In this document: piece by piece, positions 38,625 through 46,861 of the stretch
Layout of the letters: each line of letters opens with the position of its first letter
How positions within the stretch are numbered: the stretch's first letter is position 1
Origin: a virus
Direction: 5' to 3' (one strand)
Virus record (IMG/VR): IMGVR_UViG_3300005613_000048
Location: 6,858-70,857 of that record
Length of the DNA: 64,000 nt
Notes under the pieces: generated by a model
The model's database searches: none
What the model was told of the DNA's origin: nothing
The model's input: only the letters and a program-made list of their open reading frames with translations
Program-made: the position numbers and the translations under genes

Positions 38625-39481
38625 TGAAGCATCAGACCCCTGATACGATGAAATTCAAGAAGTTTGCTAGGCGACTTTCCCTGCGAGAGTACGAGGCTGC
38701 TGGACTCCTGGAACTGCTCTGGATAGCCACCCAAAAGAATGCACCGAGAGGCGACATTGGGAGGTATGACAACGAGGAAATAGCCATCGCTTTGGATTGG
38801 CCAGGAGACCAAAACGAGCTAGTCCAAGCCTTCGTCGAAACCGGCTGGTTGGATGAATGTCCTGTCCACAGATTGGTGGTTCATGATTGGGAGGATCATG
38901 CTCCGAGATTTGTCCACGCGCTGGCTAAACGGCTCGGCGGATTTGCCAAGCCAATGATTGACAGTGCGTCACTACAGTCGGCCACTACAGTGCCTGACTG
39001 TAGTGCGTCACTGAAGGGCACTACAGTCGCCGACTATAGTACGCCCACACCTAACCTAACCAAACCTAACCTAACCAAACCTCTCTTTTGTCCTTCGGAC
39101 GATGAGCCGGTGAAGCCCGATCCATTGGAGGCTGGGACCAACCCCAATGATGTGGTCAGTGAGTGGAATGCGCGCGCCAAGCAATCGCCCACTCTCAAGG
39201 AGGTTCGTTCACTCACAGATGGTCGGCGCAAAAAGTTGGTCACTCGGCTATCCGATCCGAGTTGGCCGTGGCGCGAAGCGATCGCGAAGTTGCCGCTGCC
39301 GAACCGTCGCGGATCTGGCTGGCAACCGAGCTTCGACTGGCTCATCGAAAACGCCACGAACGCCGTCAAGGTCGTCGAGGGCGTGTATGACTGGCTTGGC
39401 GAGTCGGACGAGCGGCAGCGATCGCAGCCCAGAGAGCCGGCTCCACTGCCGAGGCTTGATCCGATTCGCGAAGCGGTTTGA
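38621..39481 (+). CDS. Phage replication initiator protein
   Basis: N-terminal winged-helix-like region (VHDWEDH), low-complexity linker with DNA repeats, C-terminal PSFDWLI...VEGVY; precedes DnaB. Confidence 0.7.
   Translation: MMKHQTPDTMKFKKFARRLSLREYEAAGLLELLWIATQKNAPRGDIGRYDNEEIAIALDWPGDQNELVQAFVETGWLDECPVHRLVVHDWEDHAPRFVHALAKRLGGFAKPMIDSASLQSATTVPDCSASLKGTTVADYSTPTPNLTKPNLTKPLFCPSDDEPVKPDPLEAGTNPNDVVSEWNARAKQSPTLKEVRSLTDGRRKKLVTRLSDPSWPWREAIAKLPLPNRRGSGWQPSFDWLIENATNAVKVVEGVYDWLGESDERQRSQPREPAPLPRLDPIREAV
38963..39082. repeat. Iteron-like repeats (putative origin) inside the initiator gene
   Basis: AGTGCGTCACT x2, CACTACAGT x3, tandem 15-mer ACCTAACCTAACCAA x2. Confidence 0.55.
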
Positions 39482-39609
39482 AAAATTTTTTTTCTTGCTT
39501 GACTCGCGATAGTCAAACGGCTACCTTTCCGACGATCACGATTTCTGCGGCTGAGCCTTGAGCGCTCGGCCCCGAGGCTTAGGCCAGTCCCGATCGGAGT
39601 TTCAAGCAA

Positions 39610-40947
39610 GTGAACCAAAGACCCCCAAGTAGTTATGTACCAGCCCAGCAGACAGATCAACGCGAATTGGAGACCTCGCTCGTGGCAGCGGGGTTGCTTG
39701 ACCCAACGAGCTTGGATCGTACGAGCTTGGTCGTTGGGCCTGATGACTTCCTTGACCAGGCGATCGGCCGACTTTTCGCACTCTCCGTCGACATGCGAAA
39801 CGCCGGTGAGCCCGTCTCAATCAAGAGCTTGTACTGGCGGGCCAAAGGCCTTCGGATTGGCGGCGAGATGCTTGTTTCTCGTGTTGGTGGGCTTAGCGAG
39901 ATTGGGCGTTGGTGCCAGAGTATCCCAAACGCCGGCCACTGCGTGTACTACGCCCAGCAGATTCGGCGAGCAGCACACAAGCGGCGGCTTGCAAAACTAG
40001 CCATTCAGCTAGCGGAAGACGCGTCTGATTGGAGCGTCGACCCCGAGGATTCTATTTCCGCAATCGAAGCTCTTGCCACTCAGATCAACGCTCGGACTGA
40101 CGAGGTTGTGACTTTACGCCAGGCCTCTCTCTCGGCCCTGGAGTTGATTGAGGCCCGTCGCAGTGCTGTGACTGAGAGCGAGGACGCAGCCGGCCCATCA
40201 CGAGTTAGCTTTGGGCTCCCTTGCCTTGATGACGGCGTTGGCGGAATGTACGGCGGTGACCTAATCGTTGTTGGCGCTAGGCCTTCGATTGGAAAGACTG
40301 CTTTCGCAATGCAATCGGCGGCATTCAACGCGATGCACGGTCGCAAGGTTCTGCTGGTCAGTATCGAAATGAGCCCTGAGGATTTGGCCATGCGCTCGAT
40401 AGCTGGTGAACTTGGCGTTGAGGTTCGCCAGGTGCGTAAGGGGGCGATCAGTAACGAGCTGGTCGAGAAAACACGATCGTGGATCAATGACGAGGCGAAC
40501 GCAAACTTACTGCTGTGGTCAGGCGGAGAGGTGACTGCATCAAAGATTCGGGCGATTGCTCGGATCATGAAAAGCACTAAGAAGATCCAGATGGTTTGCG
40601 TTGATTACCTGAACATCATCAAGCCAGAGAATCGTCGCGATGATCGACACTTGCAGATTGGTCAGATTACTCGCGACCTGAAGACAATGGCGATGGAACT
40701 GCGTGTCCCAGTGGTGCTGCTGTGCCAGCTTGGTCGTGGTGCTGAGTCGGCTCGCCCCAGTATCCGTGACCTGAAGGAGTCGGGGAGCATCGAGCAGGAT
40801 GCCGATGTGATTCTGCTGATGCACCGTGAAGATAGGACGAAACGTGTTTGCGATATTGAAATCGCAAAGGTGCGCAACGGTAAGGTCGGCTCTGTGCAAC
40901 TGGAATTTGACGGCCCGACAACCACTTTTCGTGATACGAGTTTCTGA
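39610..40947 (+). CDS. dnaB: DnaB-like replicative helicase
   Basis: GARPSIGKT, SIEMS, VDYL, LCQLGR, DLKESGSIEQDAD, AKVRNG. Confidence 0.95.
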   Translation: MNQRPPSSYVPAQQTDQRELETSLVAAGLLDPTSLDRTSLVVGPDDFLDQAIGRLFALSVDMRNAGEPVSIKSLYWRAKGLRIGGEMLVSRVGGLSEIGRWCQSIPNAGHCVYYAQQIRRAAHKRRLAKLAIQLAEDASDWSVDPEDSISAIEALATQINARTDEVVTLRQASLSALELIEARRSAVTESEDAAGPSRVSFGLPCLDDGVGGMYGGDLIVVGARPSIGKTAFAMQSAAFNAMHGRKVLLVSIEMSPEDLAMRSIAGELGVEVRQVRKGAISNELVEKTRSWINDEANANLLLWSGGEVTASKIRAIARIMKSTKKIQMVCVDYLNIIKPENRRDDRHLQIGQITRDLKTMAMELRVPVVLLCQLGRGAESARPSIRDLKESGSIEQDADVILLMHREDRTKRVCDIEIAKVRNGKVGSVQLEFDGPTTTFRDTSF

Positions 40948-41537
40948 TGATAGTTTGTGGGATAGATCCTAGTTTGAAGGCCACGGCTGTAGTTGTTGGG
41001 CCTGCGGGCGAGTATCCAGAGTCGCGAGTGTTTTCTTCGTATCGCGTGGATGGCACCGTGAATGGGCGATTCGCGCGCTACGAGAATCAGATCGCTAATT
41101 TGTGCGATTATTTGGAAAGGTGGAAGCCTGATATCGCGTATATCGAGGACTATGTTTTTGGCCGTTGGGATGTGACTCCGATTACAGAGTACGGGGCATT
41201 GCTGCGATGGAGCGTGTTAGAGTTCTGCCCGGTGATTGAAGTTGCACCGACCACGCTAAAGAAATTTGCCGTTGGCTATGGCGGCTCGAAGGGGAATCCT
41301 GTTGGGAAGCCTCAGGTGATTGAGGCGCTGCGATCGCATTTCCATGTCGACTTTGCGACCGATGACGAATACGACGCGTACGCTGCCTGGCGTCTTGGTT
41401 GCCTGGCGTCTGGTCTTGAGCAGCCAACCAGGCCGCACGAGTTGCAGTGCGTACAGACTGTAGTGACTTCCTCCGAGAAGAAGCGGGGAAACAAGAACGC
41501 CAAGGAGTCGAAGGGTTCGGCTCGCAAGGCCAAGTGA
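40947..41537 (+). CDS. RuvC-like Holliday junction resolvase
   Basis: GIDPSLKATA, YIED, PTTLKKFAVG, DEYDA. Confidence 0.85.
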   Translation: MIVCGIDPSLKATAVVVGPAGEYPESRVFSSYRVDGTVNGRFARYENQIANLCDYLERWKPDIAYIEDYVFGRWDVTPITEYGALLRWSVLEFCPVIEVAPTTLKKFAVGYGGSKGNPVGKPQVIEALRSHFHVDFATDDEYDAYAAWRLGCLASGLEQPTRPHELQCVQTVVTSSEKKRGNKNAKESKGSARKAK

Positions 41538-41544
41538 GGATGAG

Positions 41545-41868
41545 ATGGTTGAAGCAGAAACGACCGAAAAGAAGCGGCGAGGGCGCAAGAAGGCTGTTCA
41601 GACAAAGTTCTGTGACACTTTCGAGGAGTTGCCGGAACAAGTGCAGGCGGCTGTCTCTGAATACTCAGAGGCTCTTTCGCAGCGAATGGCATGGCAGGAA
41701 TCTGAGGCCGTCGCTCGCCGGGAACTAAAGGACCAGATGGAAGCCCACGGGCTAAAATTTGTTCCAGATCCTAATGATGAGGAGAAGGTGTTTGCGCTGC
41801 AGACTAGCGATCCAGAGCAGAAGATCAAGAAGCTGCCTCGTAGCAAGGTGATCGCAGGGCTGGAATGA
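41545..41868 (+). CDS. Hypothetical protein
   Basis: ORF in operon with GAGG RBS. Confidence 0.6.
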   Translation: MVEAETTEKKRRGRKKAVQTKFCDTFEELPEQVQAAVSEYSEALSQRMAWQESEAVARRELKDQMEAHGLKFVPDPNDEEKVFALQTSDPEQKIKKLPRSKVIAGLE

Positions 41869-42683
41869 TTAAGCCCATCAAGTATCACGGCGGCAAGCAT
41901 TACCTTGCTGCAAGAATTGTAGAGTTGATGCCTCCGCACGAGCGTTACCTGGAAGCGTTTGTTGGTGGTGCATCAGTGCTGCTGGCTAAGAGAGCTGGCG
42001 GTGTTGCAGAGTTCATCAATGATACGAACGGTGAGCTGACCAACTTTTGGCGAGTCTTATCAAGACCAACAGCGTTCTTGCAGTTTCAGCGAATGGTTGA
42101 GTCAACGCCTTTGGGTGAGTGGTACTTTGAGAATGCGAAACGCGAGGGCAATTCTCTCTATCAGAGAGAGTTCGGCCCCGACGCAACAAGGGCGTACGCG
42201 TTTTTTGTGCGGATGCGTATGAGCCGCCAAGGATTAGGGAAAGACTATTGCACGCCTACATCGCGAACCCGCAGGGGCATGAATGAGAATGTTTCTGCTT
42301 GGCTTAGTGCTGTGGATGGGTTGCCTGAGGTTCATGGCCGGCTCAGGCGAGTAGAGGTTTGGAATCGTCCAGCGATTGAAGCAATTCAGCGTCTGGACGA
42401 TCCAGGCCTCTTGGTTTATGCCGATCCTCCATACATGCACGAGACGCGGGCGACAAAGCAGGAGTATGGCGAATATGAGATGGGTGATGCTGAGCATGTT
42501 GCCTTGCTGGAGTGTCTAGCAGGTATGCGTGGCAAGTTCATGCTCAGCGGGTATTGGAATCCGGTCTATGATCGGTTTGCAATTGACAATGGTTGGCAGC
42601 GTGTGGACTTCGATCTTCCAAATAACGCGAGTTCGCGGAAGTCAAAGCAGCGTAAGACTGAATGTGTTTGGATGAACTTTTAA
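41865..42683 (+). CDS. DNA adenine methyltransferase (D12/Dam class)
   Basis: YHGGK, YLEAFVGGASV, INDTN, YADPPY, MLSGY. Confidence 0.93.
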   Translation: MIKPIKYHGGKHYLAARIVELMPPHERYLEAFVGGASVLLAKRAGGVAEFINDTNGELTNFWRVLSRPTAFLQFQRMVESTPLGEWYFENAKREGNSLYQREFGPDATRAYAFFVRMRMSRQGLGKDYCTPTSRTRRGMNENVSAWLSAVDGLPEVHGRLRRVEVWNRPAIEAIQRLDDPGLLVYADPPYMHETRATKQEYGEYEMGDAEHVALLECLAGMRGKFMLSGYWNPVYDRFAIDNGWQRVDFDLPNNASSRKSKQRKTECVWMNF

Positions 42684-42691
42684 CTTGAGGC

Positions 42692-43336
42692 ATGGTTGGT
42701 ATGGAATTTAAGGCGAGTCGCCAGTTTGGCGATAGGGCTTGGGTGGCTAGGCGTAGACTGGTCCACTTTGTTCACATAGATAACGCCGGGATGTTTGTTG
42801 CAGTCAGTACGGGCCATGAGCCGACAACGCACGCGACGTTTGCCGATGCTGTAAAAGAGTGTACTCGGCTGGAGTCTCTAGCGACTGAATGCGGTGCAGA
42901 TAAGTTTGCCGGGGACGATGGTCGCATGACTCCAGAGAAGGCTGCTCAGGTAGTGAAAGATATCTTGGGCGGAATCTTCGGAGGCGATGTGGGCGTGGAG
43001 GTTGAGACTCTCGGTACGATGCAGTGCCCAGTCCTTTCGCAGCATTTCTTTGCTGCTGATGGCAGGCCGGACGGCGGCGTTTCTCATGGCTTTGGGTTCA
43101 CTATCTCCTGGCAGCGTGGCCCTACAAAGCTGGAAGGAGAGTATCGACGCAACGGCGCATTCGTAACGGATGCTTTGGAGGCCGTCTACTCCAGGATCAA
43201 GAGTTACCAGGACGGCCCGTTCAAGTGCAAGGAGAATGAGGAGGCCCTGTTTCATATCCATAAGGCTTTGGCTGCTCTTAGTAGTCGCCGCGAACAGCGG
43301 AAGGCTCGCGGCGTAGAGGGAACACACGCAGTCTAG
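42692..43336 (+). CDS. Tad1-like anti-defence signalling-nucleotide sponge with N-terminal extension
   Basis: ISWQRGP..NGAFVTDALEAVYSRIKSYQDGPFKCKENEEALFHIHKAL..L..R..R..RGVEGT matches the Tad1 pattern. Confidence 0.78.
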   Translation: MVGMEFKASRQFGDRAWVARRRLVHFVHIDNAGMFVAVSTGHEPTTHATFADAVKECTRLESLATECGADKFAGDDGRMTPEKAAQVVKDILGGIFGGDVGVEVETLGTMQCPVLSQHFFAADGRPDGGVSHGFGFTISWQRGPTKLEGEYRRNGAFVTDALEAVYSRIKSYQDGPFKCKENEEALFHIHKALAALSSRREQRKARGVEGTHAV

Positions 43337-43439
43337 GCTGCGGTGTAGCTCGTATCCACGGAGGCAGAAACGTGGAGTCCAGGTTTAGGGTCATCCTGAA
43401 AGTAGCTCGAACCCATCCGCTACTTAGAAAACCCTATTC

Positions 43440-43541
43440 GGATCGGCGGTGTGACGCGACACCTACTTTGCAACGGAAGACCTACTTCACCGGAGGTGAG
43501 GAGCGCTGGGCTTCACGCAGGTTCAAATCCTGCCCGATCCA
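43440..43541 (+). ncRNA. tRNA-like RNA without a canonical anticodon arm
   Basis: Acceptor GGATCGG/CCGATCC-A, D-like hairpin GGTGT/ACACC, T arm GCAGG-TTCAAAT-CCTGC. Confidence 0.55.
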
Positions 43542-43606
43542 CTAACCGACTGCTGAGTCTGATTACATGGTCAATGATAAATCTGGTTCGACCTTCGTCG
43601 GTTTTT

Positions 43607-43680
43607 GTCGGGGAGAGTGTTGGTTCTCCGCTGGGTCTCATAAGCCCATGCTGACGCTCGTTCGATTCGAGCCCCCGGCC
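43607..43680 (+). tRNA. tRNA with CAT anticodon (Met/fMet/Ile2), atypical D arm
   Basis: Acceptor GTCGGGG/CCCCGGC, anticodon arm TGGGT-CTCATAA-GCCCA, T arm GCTCG-TTCGATT-CGAGC. Confidence 0.7.
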
Positions 43681-43717
43681 CTGTTGAGTGTTGTGATTAG
43701 CGTTTATTAGGAGTCTT

Positions 43718-43951
43718 GTGATGCGAGTGGAAGTTCCGATTCTGACAGCTCATGGTGCGGCGACTTATGAGGTGGATGCAAAGAATCAGACTGAGGCCAG
43801 GGAAAAGATTCAGCGAGGCGAGGCCAGGTTCTTAACAACTCAGATCGTGCATTACAAGTTGAATTTCGACGCGATCAGGGAGGTGCCGCGACCTGATGTG
43901 GATGCAGATGCGGAACTGTGCGATGTAAGAAACGTAGAAGCCGGTCGGTAG
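43718..43951 (+). CDS. Hypothetical protein
   Basis: AGGAG RBS. Confidence 0.55.
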   Translation: MMRVEVPILTAHGAATYEVDAKNQTEAREKIQRGEARFLTTQIVHYKLNFDAIREVPRPDVDADAELCDVRNVEAGR

Positions 43952-43978
43952 GCCGCTTGGTATTTGAGAGTAGTGAAT

Positions 43979-44443
43979 ATGTTGACTGACAGAAAAACTG
44001 AAGACACGTACATATTCCGAACAGAAAGCGGAATGAAAAACGGTCGTGAACCTAAAACCTTGCGGTTGCAACTTCCCTCAAGGCGAGTGTGGATCGATCT
44101 CGACGAGGTTAAATATGAAGCCCTGATTAAAGCGAGAGACGTTTGGCGACAACACTGCGAATTAGTCTCGCTCTCGGATTGTGCTGTAGACCTGCAACTA
44201 CACGGCGAAGGATTTACGGTTCGCATTTATTCAGCCTATTCACTAGTGAGCAACGAAATAGTTAGACCCACTAACTCGCTCAATTACATCGAGCTTGACA
44301 CGATTGGCCGCCGTTCAGAGATTATCATTTGCAACACCACGCCATCAGAAAAATCAGGTTTTAAAGGTTGTCTGGAATATTTTTTAGACAGCGTTGATGA
44401 AATGGAACGATTCGTTGCTTCACGGTCAACTAACCGCCACTGA
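43979..44443 (+). CDS. Hypothetical protein
   Basis: ORF following a TTGAGAGTAG leader. Confidence 0.55.
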   Translation: MLTDRKTEDTYIFRTESGMKNGREPKTLRLQLPSRRVWIDLDEVKYEALIKARDVWRQHCELVSLSDCAVDLQLHGEGFTVRIYSAYSLVSNEIVRPTNSLNYIELDTIGRRSEIIICNTTPSEKSGFKGCLEYFLDSVDEMERFVASRSTNRH

Positions 44444-44459
44444 GATATTGAGAGTAGCC

Positions 44460-44675
44460 ATGTCATTAAATTTGCCGCGGGATTTAGAGTTAAAGCTTGA
44501 TGAGTACCGGCGACATCGAAAGGATGAAACCGGCAAGCGACCGTTTCGAGACACGGCAATAGTTGAGTTGTTGAGGACAGCACTCGAAGGGTTTACGCCG
44601 CCACAGCCGCTATCGGATCGCATCGCCAAAATTGAAGATCGCTTGGATTTGATTGAAAGCGACTTAGGACAGTAA
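44460..44675 (+). CDS. Ribbon-helix-helix-like DNA-binding protein
   Basis: MSLNLPRDLELKLDEY...RDTAIVELLRTAL followed by a coiled coil. Confidence 0.55.
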   Translation: MSLNLPRDLELKLDEYRRHRKDETGKRPFRDTAIVELLRTALEGFTPPQPLSDRIAKIEDRLDLIESDLGQ

Positions 44676-44709
44676 CGGTCATATTTACATACACAGGAGT
44701 CCTGCGAAA

Positions 44710-44991
44710 ATGAATCCTTACGAAACGCCTACTGAACCAGAAGATAACGTTTGGACGGCACCGCGATGGTTCGCATTACCATTTCGAGTGCTTGGTTTTC
44801 CGCTTATGGCCGTGATTTATCTCGGCCTAAAAATCCCACTAGATATTGTGATATGCATGGATTGGATGTTCGATCGAGTCGCAGCGTGTTGCGGTTACGA
44901 TCCTAGATATTGGCCGCTGCCCAAGGGACAGGATGTTGATTTTCGTTTTCGTCGGCCACGATGCGAGCGTTGCAATCGTGCGGTCGATTAG
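44710..44991 (+). CDS. Small membrane protein (NPY.P start)
   Basis: AGGAG RBS; MNPYETP followed by a hydrophobic segment. Confidence 0.55.
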   Translation: MNPYETPTEPEDNVWTAPRWFALPFRVLGFPLMAVIYLGLKIPLDIVICMDWMFDRVAACCGYDPRYWPLPKGQDVDFRFRRPRCERCNRAVD

Positions 44992-45013
44992 TTCATAACA
45001 CTATCGAGAGAAC

Positions 45014-45184
45014 ATGAAGGCGTTCTTAGAAATAACCGACGAGCAGCGGGAGTCCATTCTGCTGAGTGCTGGCGTTGTACCGCTCAAATATGAGCTACAG
45101 AAAGACGGTACTGTCGTTGCTAAATATCCACCGCACACAATTGTATTTGTGAACGGAAGTTACATTGTTAGCGTCAAACACTAA
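45014..45184 (+). CDS. Small hypothetical protein (56 aa, not in ORF track)
   Basis: MKAFLEITDEQRESILL...VKH* with GAGAG leader. Confidence 0.4.
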   Translation: MKAFLEITDEQRESILLSAGVVPLKYELQKDGTVVAKYPPHTIVFVNGSYIVSVKH

Positions 45185-45192
45185 TTGAGAGT

Positions 45193-45254
45193 AGTAACGC
45201 TTCCCATTGCCAACAGAGCTTGCCGCCGCTCCGTTGCAATTTTTTGTTCGGTGG
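45193..45254 (-). other. Degenerate/partial attC site
   Basis: One arm GCCGC-T-CCGTTG-C-AAT and core GTTCGGTGG are present; the other arm is imperfect. Confidence 0.5.
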
Positions 45255-45274
45255 CTTTTCGAGGAATAGAGATT

Positions 45275-45595
45275 ATGCAAACGCATTACGACAACAATCA
45301 CCAATCGGCATTCATCGACGCATTGCGAGAGCGTGCAGCCAAAGCGGAGAAAGCAGCGGCATCGGTGATTACGGCAGGCGAGAAGGACGAACAAGAGCTT
45401 GGATCGTGGAAGGCATCGAACGGCGTTCATTGCCGTCATCTTCCAGACGATCCGCAAGGCATCCTGCGAATGAGCATTGGCGGCGGTGAACATCTTCCGG
45501 TCACGATGAATTACGTGGTGGTTCGCGGGAAGATTGGGCAGTGTATCGAGTTGCTGGAAAAGGCTCTTGTTGCGTTAAAGGAGTGCTCAGAATGA
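45275..45595 (+). CDS. Cassette-borne hypothetical protein
   Basis: GAGG RBS; lies inside the first attC cassette. Confidence 0.6.
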   Translation: MQTHYDNNHQSAFIDALRERAAKAEKAAASVITAGEKDEQELGSWKASNGVHCRHLPDDPQGILRMSIGGGEHLPVTMNYVVVRGKIGQCIELLEKALVALKECSE

Positions 45596-45774
45596 AACGG
45601 TTTATGCGATGGGTTCGGTTGACGTTGGGTTTAGCCACCGTTCCAGAAGTATGCGAAGCATCTTCCGGTGGCGTGGATTACCACGACTACCCCAAGGACA
45701 AGGGAGGCGACGGAACGCCGTCGCACTTCCACGAGTACACATGCTGGAATTGTGGCAAGAAGTTCGGAATCTAA
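45592..45774 (+). CDS. Cassette-borne small protein with possible Zn-ligand residues
   Basis: C...HDY...HF..YTCWNCG; AAGGAG RBS; stop directly before attC. Confidence 0.55.
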   Translation: MKRFMRWVRLTLGLATVPEVCEASSGGVDYHDYPKDKGGDGTPSHFHEYTCWNCGKKFGI

Positions 45775-45776
45775 GT

Positions 45777-45871
45777 CCACCGAACGCTGCCCATCATCGG
45801 GCAACGGCCAACAGATTAACCATTTCAAATAAACCACGCCCGTTGCTCCGATGCATGGGCTTGTTCTCTGT
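45777..45871 (-). other. Integron attC site
   Basis: CCACCGAAC...CCAT-CATCGG-GCAACGG loop CCGTTGC-T-CCGATG-C-ATGG...GTTCTCTGT with two extrahelical bases. Confidence 0.82.
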
Positions 45872-45887
45872 TCACAAAGGAAAAGAC

Positions 45888-46193
45888 ATGAAGTATGTAG
45901 GTTACGCAACAGTCACGATTTTGTTGATGGTGTTTTCGGCTCTGTTCAATGGATACGCCCTCTCGGTTTTGTGGGGATGGTTTATCGTTCCGACGTTCAA
46001 TTCGCCACAACTAAGTATTCCCGCAGCGATTGGAGTCTCAATGATCGTTGGATACTTGGCGAAGACGATCAAGGTGGACGACGAAGACAAACAAAAGCCG
46101 TTTGGCGAGACGCTGTTTAAGGGTGCGGTTTTGAGCGTGTTGAAGCCGACCATCGCGTTGATGTTCGGTTGGGTGGTCAGTGTTTGGATGTGA
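45888..46193 (+). CDS. Cassette-borne membrane protein
   Basis: LWGWFIVP.F..P.LSIPAAIG; three hydrophobic segments; fills the cassette. Confidence 0.7.
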   Translation: MKYVGYATVTILLMVFSALFNGYALSVLWGWFIVPTFNSPQLSIPAAIGVSMIVGYLAKTIKVDDEDKQKPFGETLFKGAVLSVLKPTIALMFGWVVSVWM

Positions 46194-46194
46194 T

Positions 46195-46288
46195 ACAGAG
46201 AACGTTTGCCGTCATCGGGCGGCGAAGGAAAAACTATGAACAAATCGAAAGACTCTCCCGCCGCTCCGATGCACGGCATTGTTCTCTG
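46195..46288 (-). other. Integron attC site
   Basis: ACAGAGAAC...GCCGT-CATCGG-GCGGCG loop CGCCGC-T-CCGATG-C-ACGGC...GTTCTCTG. Confidence 0.82.
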
Positions 46289-46619
46289 CGTGGCGGTGTT
46301 ATTGCTCATCAGTTGTTTGCTGACATCGAGTTACATTTGGTGTCACGCGATGGGCTGGCGATCAACCCGCGTCGTCGATGAAATTCACATCGAAAAGCTT
46401 GATGACAGGTACACCATCCCAGCAACACAAATGCGGAAGATGATTGCCTTCGATGGCTCACCTTTTTTCGACTACTGGTGGGAACCAGCAAAAGACATTC
46501 ACTATGAACGGTGGACCATCAAAGCGGTCGATGGATTTGAGATCGTAATTAACCGGGTAGATCCGATGGATCCGCCAGAGATTTGCGATGGCGATAGATA
46601 CACTGGATGGTGGAAGTAG
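46236..46619 (+). CDS. Cassette-borne protein starting inside the attC loop
   Basis: AAGGA RBS and ATG within the attC loop; TM segment; stop 5 nt before core CAGAGAAC. Confidence 0.55.
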   Translation: MNKSKDSPAAPMHGIVLCVAVLLLISCLLTSSYIWCHAMGWRSTRVVDEIHIEKLDDRYTIPATQMRKMIAFDGSPFFDYWWEPAKDIHYERWTIKAVDGFEIVINRVDPMDPPEICDGDRYTGWWK

Positions 46620-46737
46620 CCATCCAGAGAACTATTTATTCACCCCGGTTCACACAGGGTGAATTAGCAATTCGGCAAGAATCGCCACCTATGGGTGGTG
46701 GTGAGATTTGATAGTTCGATACGCGATAGGCATATTT

Positions 46738-46825
46738 GGATTGCAGGCGTGGGCCAGCCTAATCGGTTCATCCACGCAGGGGCGTAAATTCGCGGCAAAC
46801 ACAGGTTCGATTCCTGGGCGATCCA
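46738..46825 (+). ncRNA. Second tRNA-like RNA without a canonical anticodon arm
   Basis: Acceptor GGATTGC/GCGATCC-A, D-like AGGC/GCCT, T arm CAGG-TTCGATT-CCTG. Confidence 0.5.
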
Positions 46826-46861
46826 CTGGTTAGGTTTTGGTGTTTTTTTAAGGAGAGACAG

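Noticed and set aside
43440-46825. Selenocysteine or suppressor tRNAs (both tRNA-like elements contain TTCA)
   Set aside because: TTCA is not in a 7-nt loop closed by an anticodon stem in either element.
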